Below, one piece after another: positions 36,013-48,293 of a stretch of DNA of 64,000 nucleotides. Below the pieces are notes generated by a model that saw nothing but the letters and a program-made list of their open reading frames with translations, did no database searches and was not told where the DNA came from. The DNA is taken from positions 7,711,950 through 7,775,949 of the forward strand of contig NC_134026.1 of NCBI RefSeq assembly GCF_964204645.1. Direction: 5' to 3'. Position 1 is the stretch's first letter, and each line of letters begins with the position of its first letter. The stretch is from Tubulanus polymorphus. Its lineage: Eukaryota; Animalia; Nemertea. Both the position numbers and the translations under genes were made by a program.

Positions 36013-38845
36013 GTGAAATAAAGCAGAAAAACATCTCAATCTCAGAGAGCTCGGTTTCTATTTGACGTCGTGACTTTGTTATCAAAGGATCTGTTTCATG
36101 TCTAGCACGATCGGAGTATCACAGTAGAGAATTACACCGCAATGTATTACCACAGTGTATTACTGCAGTTCCTCTTCTGACGGGTCATTATTTATAAGAT
36201 GGTTGATATCAGCAGCCCGCGCTATTAAACATTTTACACCTCGAAGCGAATTCATTCGCAAACAATTACACGCAGTATCCGCAACAGTCATTACCGCGTG
36301 CGGACAATTTGTATGAAAACTCGGGGTTCGAACCCCCTCCGGGTTGTCACAGTACAGCGATGTTTCCGGATAAAGTCGAGAGGGTAATTTCCTATACTGA
36401 ATGTTTTAGGTCGGTAATTAGCACGGTTTGGAATGTGGTGACCCCCGGGCGGAGGGGGATTTCCTAAAACCCCATGAATATAGATATATACAGTATCCTG
36501 GTAACTGAGACAAGTGTGTCTAACATTGCGAGACTCGGTCAGTGAAAGCTTAACAGAAGAGTCACGTGGTTGACTCGACAACGATCACCGAAATATCTTT
36601 CACTGGAAAAAGAGAGTATCGAAAATTCACGATTGGAAAAAATTCGTGCAAAGATTCGTAAAACGTGAAGTGAAAAGTTTAAACTACGTATAAATTATCA
36701 TCGGATTACTGTTTAAGTCGCAACAAAATGTCTTTGAAAATAAATCAAGGAAATTATCATAACAAAAATGAGTTAGATATGAAATGTATCATCAGAATTT
36801 ATTAGATAGAAATATTTTGTCTGCAGACCTCTCGTCGTTATATTCAGTTCAGCAGACGATCAGTTTGTCCTGTTGTATGCTATAGGTATAATTTTTCGAT
36901 ACGTTGTATTATTTCTACTATTTCTATACTCCGCTCTGTACACATTACTTCATACAAAACGCGCACAAATCCTATAACAATACAATAATTTACTGGTTTA
37001 ACAGGCATAAATAAACCGTCTGAATGTCGTCTATTCCCTTGGGCCCAAAACTGATCTAATTCTCAATTCACGTGGAAGCGATGACTGTATTATACCCCTC
37101 CCTGCCTGACTGATATCCGTGTGAGTTTAGGTAACGCAAACTTAGCTCCCAGCGCCGGGGAGATTATCATCACGTGACCTCGTCAATTACTACGCCGTCG
37201 TCGTCGCCGCCGTTGCCGCCACGGTATAGTGCGTCGCGGTAGTACACAGGTGTAGTATGGCCCACAGGGCACCGGCAAGGTGAAGGTCGTGTAAATAAAG
37301 AATCGCCCTGGAGAACAGTCATGGCTGGCTCTCAGACTGATTGACTGACTGATCCGACTGTCAAATATCATTACATATAATATACCGATAGTACATACAG
37401 CTTGATATCGAGTCGGATTCTACTTCATCTCTCATTCGAATATTCAAATTCAAATCTTTTCTTTTACCGTTAATGTTTAAATCTAAATTGTAATGTTTAA
37501 GCCGATGTGACTTTCACGAATAAGACAAAAAATAAGCATCGTACCTGTGCACACATGCGTCTAAGTTGTATAAAGAGTCCGAAATGTTTCCTAGAGCAAA
37601 TATTTATTCGAATAGATATGGTAGTTAATCGAATTTCAACCATTTTAGATCAGCTCTTGAAACCTATCTTTTTATTCAAGCTTATGGTTAGCCCACACGT
37701 TTATCGTGAATCAATTTTTTATGTAAGTGCCCTAAAGAGCAATATTTCATTGGATAAGGCACCAAGTATGGTAAATGATAATGATTATGATAACGATGAT
37801 AAAATAGACTATCCACCGAAGAAAGCATTTCGGACCTATGTGCAGGGATTCCATATCATACTTTAGAGGAATCCGACTTTTAGCGTTGATCAAGATAAGA
37901 TATGACAAGATAAGATAAGATATGATATGACATGAATGATGATAAATCATCTCATCAATTTTTCACAACTGATGAGATGATTTTTTTATGATCAGACTCG
38001 AATCGAGGTTGTGCGAGAGGGTAGGGCTGTACTGGCGGGAAATTGAATTTAGTACTGATTGCTAATCACCCACATAGTCTCCTCACAAACACCTGATCTG
38101 TTATATTTTATAATTGCGACCGATGCGATGTGATTAGTTTCCGAGCAGTGAAATCAGAACCTCTTAAGTCAACTGCGCATCAAAGCGAAATTACGCAAGA
38201 AACAGGAGAAAACCGAGAACCAATTTGCGGCTCGTATTATGTTGATTTGTTTCAGTGTAACGAAGACAGGAAGTGTTCAACTATTCGACATTGAGATATC
38301 CAACACCTTTTGAGATTTGAGATTTCGAATCGATTATAACTACCACAAAAAAAAGAAACTAATTAGGGTTTTATTCCGGATAAATTCAAATTGAAATCCT
38401 TTGATGTCTTCGACGCAATTCAACACTGTGTAATTGTATTGGGAGCCGTGTATAATCGATAATTTACTCGGCAGATAATTCAATATCGGTGGCGAATGTG
38501 GAAAATATAAAACCTTGCGTCGTTCTATTATTAAACATGATGAAAACGACGCGAAAAATATAATTATTTCATTGCGGAAATTGTTTCTCTTCCACTTTCA
38601 CAGACCCAACAAATGACCCTACAAACTTATACCCACCACTCGCAGATTGATACGACAATTTCTGCATCATTCATTGAAATTCAATTCATAAGTAATTTAG
38701 AATTGAAGATTAACGTAACAACAGTTAAGGTGTTTCGCCCTCCTCTGTCTCCCTTCTCCCATCCTCCCCCTCTCTCTAACCCTCTCGCTCCCTCTCTCTT
38801 TCTTCTCTACACTCCTAGTCCCACTGTCCATCTCTTTGTTTCCCA

Positions 38846-39140
38846 GTCTATTTCTCTGTCTATTTCTCTGTCTTTTTCTATATCTATATCTTTATCTGTC
38901 TCGCTGTCTATTTCTCTATCTGTATCTCTGTCTATTTCTCTGTCTATTTCTCTATCTGTATCTCTGTCTATTTCTTTATCTGTCTCGCTGTCTATTTCTC
39001 TATCTGTATCTCTGTCTATTTCTCTGTCTATTTCTGTATATGTATCACTGTCTGAAATACATCGGTCTTTCTGTTCTATCGGTCTTTCTGTCTATTTCTC
39101 TATATGTCCCTCTGTTTCTCTGTCTATTTCTGTATCTGTC
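38846..39140. repeat. 12-bp minisatellite (TCTCTGTCTATT)n
   Basis: Directly visible. It explains the SLSI and LFLC repeat pseudo-ORFs at 38613..39225. Confidence 0.92.
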
Positions 39141-40951
39141 AGTCCTCAATCGGTTTCGTATAAGACCGATGTTTGTATTAGGAATACAAACAGACACGCG
39201 CGCGCCGACAGCCGCTGAGCACTGAAAGGTGCCAGAGCGTAAAATCAGGAATAGCGTAGTCCCTTAAAAAGCAAACACCATAACCAATCTATCTGCAACG
39301 TTTATGAGAACGCCTGGGCAAACATCTTAGTGTTCCGCCAATGAAAATTTCATCTTTGATCCATCGTGTTTGAGCCCAAAGGCGATATAATGTAAAGATA
39401 TTGCATTGCAAAAATGCTACAGAACGTCACCGCGCTGAGCGGCTCTGCCGGTTTAACGGTGGAACGAAATATCGAATGAATTTTGTATGATATGATATTT
39501 GTATTCGGTGCATCGAATATTAAAATTATTATCTGAATCGTCGCTAAATTCTTCGAATCACTACCCGATGAATTTGAGCAGCTGTCTCTGTTCGTGCTGG
39601 TAGATTTCCGGGACCTCGCGCCGCGCACCCCCTCTCCTATCTCAACCCGCCGGCTATCACCGCCGCTAATGTGTTCTAATATATTGACGTTTTCTACCGG
39701 CTACAGAAATACCGAATAATTTCCACAACATTTTCATTGCATCAGTTCGATTTTGTTGTTTGCGGATGAGCCGGATTTTTTTTCTCACTTCGTTGAAATG
39801 ATTTCGCGCTCGGATATGAAATATCTCACGAGCGAGTTTGGATGCATTTCTGGAATTCTCAATTTCTAAGTTATTAAATTTGTGCCGTAAGATTCAGAAT
39901 AACCATTGATCAAAAACTATGAGTCCATGCTGTAAACAAGACAATATAAAATCCCTGGATAAAAATTTAGAGTCCGAAATGTTTCCTTAAAAAGTAGTTT
40001 ATTCAACGTTTCGATTCCGGAAACTCCGGAAACATTGCCTCGTTATTGAATTTGCAATAATTTTTTTGCGGATTTTTCCTATGTAAGTATGTGGCTGGAC
40101 GTTTATCAATAAATTCGGAACAGATTCTGACAATGCGCCTCTTACAGAACGTACGTAACAACCGTGTTTGAATATACAGTTAATTTATTATAATCATATT
40201 CAAGATATTTATAAGACTGATTCTCTTCTCTCCTGAGCGGAAACTGTCGACAAGTGTACAATTTCCTGCGCCCCTCATGTCACCCCCTCCCTCACACCCT
40301 CGCCCGCACATAGTCGGGCCATATATCACGACATATGTGCGCACTCGGAGCCCTCCCAGAACGCGTTCAGGCGGAATGGAATTTCAGAAGATTTTGAGTC
40401 GAATCATCGAATAATAACCCGAGTTAATGAACTGTGAGAACTTCACCCGAGACTCGACACAATCAAGTGCTTCACATAAAACTGAGAAGAATGCACCAGC
40501 AGCAGCAGCAGCAGTGAGGCAGACTCCACTCCCACTTTCTCTCCATCCTCCCTCTCTGTAATCCTATTTATCCACATCTCACACAAGATCAGAATCTGAT
40601 GCCGAAGTCTTCATTATAATGAACATAGACAATACCCGCAATTGACACGTGATATTTGATATCATTTATATTTTGGAATAACGATGATTTTCACCTCTCA
40701 TTTATTTGGTTCATTGATTTGATTTCTAAGACTAATACTAAGTGTGTCCTTCATAAAATGGAGATGGTGGATTCCTCTCCACGGACCCATGCGTCATATT
40801 GTTGAAGTGGAAGAGATTGTGGATCCAGGCCTCCACCACAGACCCATGCAGCGGTGGCAGTGTCACTTTTACTTTGAAGTAAGATTTACGTGGTTTTTGC
40901 TGGTGACTGTTGATGCCGAGTGAAAGGATGTCAGGATCATAATAACCATGA

Positions 40952-40953
<2 letters not shown>

Positions 40954-41004
<51 letters not shown>
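40954..41004. repeat. (CAG)17 microsatellite
   Basis: Directly visible, pure repeat. Shorter CAG runs lie near 40497 and 47582, and a (GAT)n run at ~41332-41364. Confidence 0.97.
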
Positions 41005-41006
<2 letters not shown>

Positions 41007-44000
41007 TAGTGTGATAGATGATAATCCGGACCTAATACAACCGTCCGCTGTAAGTGACAGTTCATCATCAAAATACACACAGCACCACAAAACAAAACAC
41101 GGAGAGATCTGAGGAAGAGTCGATCAGTCAGAAAAATAGAGAGATTTCATAATACATGTATAACCATATCACCGAGAGGAGAGGGAAATGAGAGAGGCAG
41201 GGAAGGGGAACGCGGAGGAGAATGAGAGGGAGGGAGATAATGAGGAGAAGGATGTGAGGGAGAGGGGAAGGAGAGAGTGATAGGTAGATGTAGTAGTCTT
41301 GATCATAAATTGGTTTCTGATTTGAGTCAATGATGATGATGATGATGATGAAGATGATGGTGATGGGGAAGTCGCTGCTGCTGCTGCAGTGAATGATGAT
41401 ATCAAAAATAATTGACAAGTTAATCATAACCAACCGTACTGATCATTGAGGAAGAGGAGAGGACAGAATTTGACAGCGAGAGAGAAATAGAGTGAGAGGA
41501 GACAGGGAGAGGGGGAATTTTGATGACAAATTGATGGATAGTCAAACTTTCAATCATAATCTATAATTACATGTAGTTGAAAATGACCTGAATCGACCCC
41601 AAAATCACAGATCTATCCTCGAAACAAAACCATCAAATTTGATGATTTCATCGTTAGATTAACTATGGTTATCTATTGAGATTTCTGACCCCTCGCATGC
41701 CAGGGCCTAGTTTCACAAATGATGATTGCGCAGAATTCATCTATTGGAATGTCGGAATTTAGTTATCAACATTTTTCGAAAGCGAAATAATAGCCTCTAA
41801 ATTATTACTTTACTAACTGAACTACTAAATTCAAATGCATCAAAATTTCAAATTCAGCTAAAAATGGATGTAATATTTGCTTTCATTTCCAAAACAATAA
41901 ATTCAGAACTAATTCCAATAGAAGGTAAGTGTCCCGCTAGTTGGTCTGTGACAATTTATTGAAATAATTCTGTCTGTATAAATTGGTCTAGTGCCATTTT
42001 TGTCTCTCCCTGTACATGTATCTGTTGTATCAGCAAACTCCTGTCTCCACTAGTGATTGATCGAGTTTAAAACATACCGCAGTAAATATCACGTTCATCA
42101 AAGCTTAAACTAAATCCAGGTATATAGTTTTACTCCTGGAGATCAAAGACATATAAAAGATACTCAGTTAACCAAAAAATCGTTTGATGGTAAAATTCTA
42201 GCTGTGAGGGTTTTTTCAATACGAGCTTCGCAGTCATGACTGGTTGTTTGCAAACAGGTTTGAATCGATAAAGAGCCCTGAAGGATGGCAGCCACTTCTA
42301 TAGGAAGAGAGACGCAGAGGGGAACTGATGATTGATAACTGATTCTATCAATGTGCAAATGATTCCATAAACGTCATCAATATCTATAAAAATAGATCGT
42401 TTCGGGAAATTGCACGTCAAATTCTCATTGGTTTGCGCGGCTATGACGTCAACGTCGGGAAACTATACGTAAGCAGCCGAATTGTTCCGAACTGATTTGG
42501 TTAGAAGGGGTTTTTAGTAGTTTTAGAATATCGTTACAATACGTGGCACAGTCGTTTGGGTTCGAGTCCTTAATTTTGTGATGGAATTGGAATGACGATA
42601 TCTTTCCATTGAAATATTTTCCCAAAATAGTGCTGATTTATCTACAACCGGCAGAACAGAAAGTGAAAACAAAATTTGACTTAAGAATTCTAGCATCAAA
42701 ATGTCTTACACCGCGTGTCCTGCTGCACTACCGTGTCCAGCGATTTGAATCACTTTTTATCCCCAGTTGAGATTCAGATCTTTATAAATTCATAACATGA
42801 CCGTAAAAATCTGTCGAATATCTGTCAGAATTTTACTCATAATTCACTGCAGGTCCAGATCTCACAAGTTTCATTGTAGTAAAATCTCAGGAGAGAATAT
42901 AGAAAACGAAACCTGTCAAAATATTTCAGGAAATCACATTTTCTCCCAAAAGAACAGGAACTCGATGTAAATGTAAATAATCGATGCTCCATACTGAAAC
43001 TCCTTATTCGGCATCAACTCGGGGTAGAATTTTACCGAAGCAAGGTACAGTCCAAATTGTATTTCTTAACTGTAAAATTCAGCTTCCGATAAGAGTTACA
43101 TTACATTGACGGATCTACGCCACCGTGAGCGCGAACTGCAAGCTTTATTACCGAAATGGGGTACCCGCAAAACCAGCTATCCCGCCAGATGGCGTAACAA
43201 GCAGTAGGTCGTCCGTTGTCAAAATTAGTTCATTTTCAATGAAAAATGACGTTGATTTTTAGACTCCTCAATCCATATACTATCACAGCCATCCTCGCTT
43301 GCCAGGGGTCCGGTATCACTCCTGAACTCGCTTCCACCAGCCCCCTGGCATCACGAAGCGTGATTTCATTACCGGCGCTGTTGCGCATGACGTCATACAT
43401 CGATTTGCGAAATACTTCCTTGCTCGGTAAAACGTTCGCTGATTGGTCCATTTAACGGGAAAACCAACAGAAGGCCAATGTCGTTTGTTACAAGCGCTGT
43501 GATTGGTACGACTGGATTCTGGTCGGCTAGTAACGACTCCAACGACTCGTGAGGTCAAGGGGTTCGGGAACAGCTTTAGCGTAGTGGGTTCGAATCCCTT
43601 GACGGGTGAAGATGTATCACAGCATACGTATCATACGTGGAATCCTCGATTGCCACAGTAGCACTGCAGGTAGCCATTATAATCGATTGACATCATCACG
43701 TCGTGTTACGTTTAGAAATTTCCCGCGGCTGTGCCGGTTGCCTGTTGTTTTCCCGCGTTTTATTTTCGAAGATTCAGCCACGAGCCATTTAACTTCAGGA
43801 TGTAGAACGGCGAGATATACGTAGTTTACACGTCGTTACAATTCCGAAAGAAATCGTTTGCAGGAATTTCATAAAAATTTCTCTATTAGAATTTTTAACC
43901 CCGGGCAAGTTTTAAAACTGGGGGCTTCAAAACTTTAAACCCAACACCCGACCTCCCTTCATAATACCTCCTCGTAATCAATCACCGCACTGCTATTTAA

Positions 44001-47000
44001 GTCAAACTTTAAACACGAATTTGCCTGCGAGCTTCCGAACTAGAAATCTAATATTCGACGCATGTTTATATATTATAGTTTACTTATAATACGGATAAAA
44101 ATGAAAGCCCCCGAGGTTGCTGCACGTACTGTGCTTTCGGAAGCATTTCAGTGAATGGTAAATAGCGGATAAGTTTCACTTTTATCGATTTTTTTAGACT
44201 GACTCCTCGCGTAACAATACACGAAAACAACCTTATTACAATGTGTGAATTATATATTTCCGAAAAAAACGTTTTTCTCCTGCACTGTATTCAAATTAAA
44301 GAAAACTTTACTTACACAATGCTGCGGTTTCCCAGCTATACTACTGGTCGATGTTATGAGGGATATTTTCGTTTTTGAAGTTGTGTTAAAAATTTCCTCG
44401 AGCCATTTCTTAGATCGTTTAACCATTATCTCATCCACAAAATATTCGAATGATTCCAGTGAATGAAGTCATTTACATTTTTTATCCAGTTTATCAAGTG
44501 CACTTGCTCAGCGTGTTCAGATGAGATGGGCCGAGGATCCATTGAAATGGCGTGACCTTATCAGGATCAATACAAATATAACTGCATCATTGGAAAGATG
44601 TTTCGATTGACCGATTCTTTGATTGACCGATATTCTTCCAATCAAAAAGTCATTTATTATTTGAATATCTTATCTCTGACGATATGCGGATTCACATGAC
44701 TGTGACACTAAGTAAATTGGATTAAAACTATCAATTTGGAGATTACTACTACCAATTTCTTAAAAGATATCCCGCACCGCTTGCCAGAGATACGGTGAAA
44801 GTAGTCCGAATGTGAAGACACAATTTTTCTAACTAAATATTTTGATTTTGTATTTTTGTCGAAATGCTTAAGATACAAATTCCGATACTCATCAAAGATT
44901 GCAACGCCAAATATCCTGATATTTCATCATCACTAAGATTATCATCTAATACTAAATAAGTAACTTTAGACCGTAATTTTACCGGGGTGTGGATTGCGAT
45001 TATTTTTTTTCCATGAAAAAAATTAGAGAAAGATTTATAGAGATAAAGTCGGTGGCGACCAATCCCTTTTATATAACGCGCGTCTATGAAGACCGTGTGG
45101 AACTCGCTGATTATTCTCTGAAATTATTTTCACAGTCTGCGTTTGAGTAAATAATGATCGGATTGATCCGTGATGGAGTTTAGAACGACTGTCACCGTCA
45201 CCTGTGAACTGTATATGTTCCGCATTCGAGTGAAACCGCGACCACTTTATTAAACCGCTAGAACCCGCTCGCTCTCTCCCTCTCTCTATCCTGTATTTTT
45301 TCGCCTCTAGGTTTATTTCGTTCCGTCACGTATTTTCGTCACCTGCGTTTTAAAAGCGTCGAGTATCTGGCCCCTCCGGTGTATCCTTAATTGAACAAAG
45401 TTTGTAGGTATTAATTCCAGCTTATTTTTCCCGCTGTCGTTGAAATTCAAAGTTTGCCCATAGGCGCTTTACATGAATCGCTGGCTGTCTGAGGAGTGAG
45501 AGGTAGAGAGTGAGAGGAGAGAGATGGAGAGAGAGAAGGAGGAGGGACAGCGAGAGGATAGAGAGTGAAGGAAGAGGGAGAGAGAAAGGGGGGAGAGGGG
45601 AGAAGGATACAGAAATGAGAAGTCTCTTCGGTTGACTGTATAAATCGTGGGTATGAGTAAAAAACAGTTTTACCTGTCAACACCTCGTGTTCAGAGCTTC
45701 ATCAAACTACACTGCGAAATGATAAAAAGAGGGCAGGAATGGAAAGTGGAATCGAGGGGAATGGAAGGGATATTTGGTACAGATTGTATAGAGAAGGAGC
45801 CGGATTGAATTAGGGTAAGCGTTTGAAGGAAGGGGAGGGAGAACGAATTTAGATTGACAGATTGCTTACTAGTCAGGTTTTAGATTGTTCGGTAATAACA
45901 ATACATAAATTTATGTGCGCGTGATTGAACCGATTCACTCACATACTTAAAGCCCAGATGGTGTTCCTGCGCCTCTGGTTATACGGACTGTTTTTACAGG
46001 TTGACTCAAACCACAACAAGCATTGGATCACAAAAGTGAATTACGTCAAAGATAATATCTCAAATATCTCACAGATCATATGTCGAGTATCTTAGAATCT
46101 CAAATATGTGTCTCTCATTCTTACAACTCATCTTCTTGAATGAATCTATCCCATTTAAAACGAACAATCAGTCAACCAGCACCAGACTGGTTACTGGTAC
46201 CGCACTGACAAGACTAACTTCCAAACCCCACCAATTACTTTTGACTTTGGTCTATAGTGGATGGCATGCTCAGCTGGCATGCTGGCCCGGTGGTCAGTGG
46301 TTCGGGTTCTGGGGGTTAGGGTCATGGATGACCAGGGTAAGGGTTGCGGGCGAGGTATTGCTAAGGTTATCTATCGTATTGCCAAGAAAGACACCCTTTG
46401 ATAAAAAATGTTCCCTTTTTATTACGCGGAGTCATCCTTAAAAAGTCCTAGCTACGGGTCCGTCCTTATTAAATGAACTTTTATACCACCTTCAACACGA
46501 GGTAATTAAGGTATGGAAAACATTGATAATTCATAATTCAAACTTATTACTAGTACTGTAAATGAAAAGTGACGTGGTATTTGTAAGGAGGTGTTGTTAT
46601 CGCGGTTGCTACAATATACTGGTTGAGAATGAATCGTCTGTCACCAGGAATTCCCTGCATCCTGATCTGATGATGTTCCGTGCCTCATCCCCCTTATCTG
46701 ATATTGATGGAAATGTATCCAATTAGAGAGATGCCGAGAACGGCGTGGTTAGAATAGACCAAGGTGATGCAGCAATTTACTAGCTGCCGTTCAGTCACCA
46801 GTGATTACCAAACACCCAACCATACAACACGGACAGACAGCGGTCATTAGACACAGCTTTTTGTAGAATGTACATTTTATATGGAAGGTTTTATGATATC
46901 ATATGCAGTGTGATATGATAAATGATATGATATGCTGCATTGATCTGCTCATTACCAGGAATCACTGACTCGTATAAGATTCATAACGATGATATTAGAT

Positions 47001-47962
47001 ATATCCAGGGCTATTCTACCTGGTGTATCTTTATTAGATAATCATGAGCATAGATTTACAAAAGTCAAGTTACGATGGTTTTGCTTATCAAGATATCCTT
47101 GCTTCTAAAGAAACGTGTTTGTACTACTTTCTCATCTGAAAAACTGCAAGTTTTGTAAAGTCCTCGGTCCTACGACGTGTCTCATAAAAAGTAAGATCCG
47201 AGTCTCCGCCCAACACGGCCCAGCACTATTCCCAGTGCTAAGTCATCGATACATAGATTAAGGTATGGGCGTATATCTTCGGGACGTAATGATTGGTCAT
47301 AAAACTACACTGGCATTTACCAGCTTCTTTATGAAAAAAGAATTCGAATGTGAATTATTTACATCTTTTTTCTGGGAACTGTTGAGTATTGTATGATAGG
47401 CCTACCAGGTACGGTATTATTTGTAAGGACTATTTGACCGCTATGTTCCAAGTACTGTGTAAGAAAAAGGGGGATTCAAGTCTAGCTTTCGGCTAAAAAC
47501 GATTCTACTAGATCCAATTGGCTTCTAACGAGAGACCTGTACAATATACTCACTAAGCTGACGACTTTACCGATGGGGCTGCAGCAGCAGCAGCAGCAGA
47601 AGAGGCCGAGAAGAGAGAGAGAGAGAGAGGCAGTGATCTGAGTAAACCAGATTACAGGAAATCACGAGACTCAATTGGTCGGAAAATCGCGCAGTACGAT
47701 ACAACATCAGAGTCGACTGTTAATGGCCTATCAGTAACCATTATACTCATCCACCACGGCAGGCACTCTCCACTCACTGTAACAATGGACACACCAGTAC
47801 TGTGTGCGTTGCGTGGCAGTATAGCATGTCTTAAATGTATCAAAATGTATTAGAAAAATTTTTCAGTGAAGTTATGCATTTTTTGTTGCTTAGTTTTACT
47901 ATTTGTCCCATATTCAACGATCACTTTAAGATGGAAAGTCTTTATAACTGTCCCGTTATTTA

Positions 47963-48293
47963 AAATGAACAAGGGGACATTCTGGGGCCACAATTCCCCC
48001 TTGTGGGACTCCCCCGTTCAAAACAAAAAGGAGACAAGACCTCCCCTTCCAAATAAAGAGACTCCCTTATTTCTAATTAACATTACTTTCCCCTTTTGGT
48101 TTGGAATAAGAGTCCCACAAGGGGAGAGTATGTCACTCATGTTCATATGATATTAGGGAGTCCCACGGGGAAATAATCTCACCTTCAAACAAAGTTGACA
48201 TAACCTTCTCGTTCTTTCAAATGAACAAGGTCGGCTAACCTCTCCTTGCGGGACACCAAATATTCCTGGTAGCATTAACTCCCCCTTGTTTGA
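47963..48293. repeat. Foldback-like element with multiple internal inverted repeats
   Basis: Perfect 15-bp inverted repeat CCCCTTGTGGGACTC (47997-48011) / GAGTCCCACAAGGGG (48110-48124). Further partial copies lie near 48156 and 48243, and the ends read aacaagggg ... ccccttgtt. Confidence 0.6.

Noticed and set aside
38613-39225. 201-aa and 129-aa ORFs, among the longest outside AP-2
   Set aside because: They are open only because a 12-bp pyrimidine-rich minisatellite lacks stop codons. No domain similarity.
43281-43303. TATCACAGCCAT, matching the 5' end of miR-2/miR-13 family miRNAs
   Set aside because: No complementary arm upstream to form a pre-miRNA, and the 3' half does not match the family.
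46311-46350. Telomere-like GGTTAGGG motifs
   Set aside because: Only one or two degenerate units, not an interstitial telomeric array.
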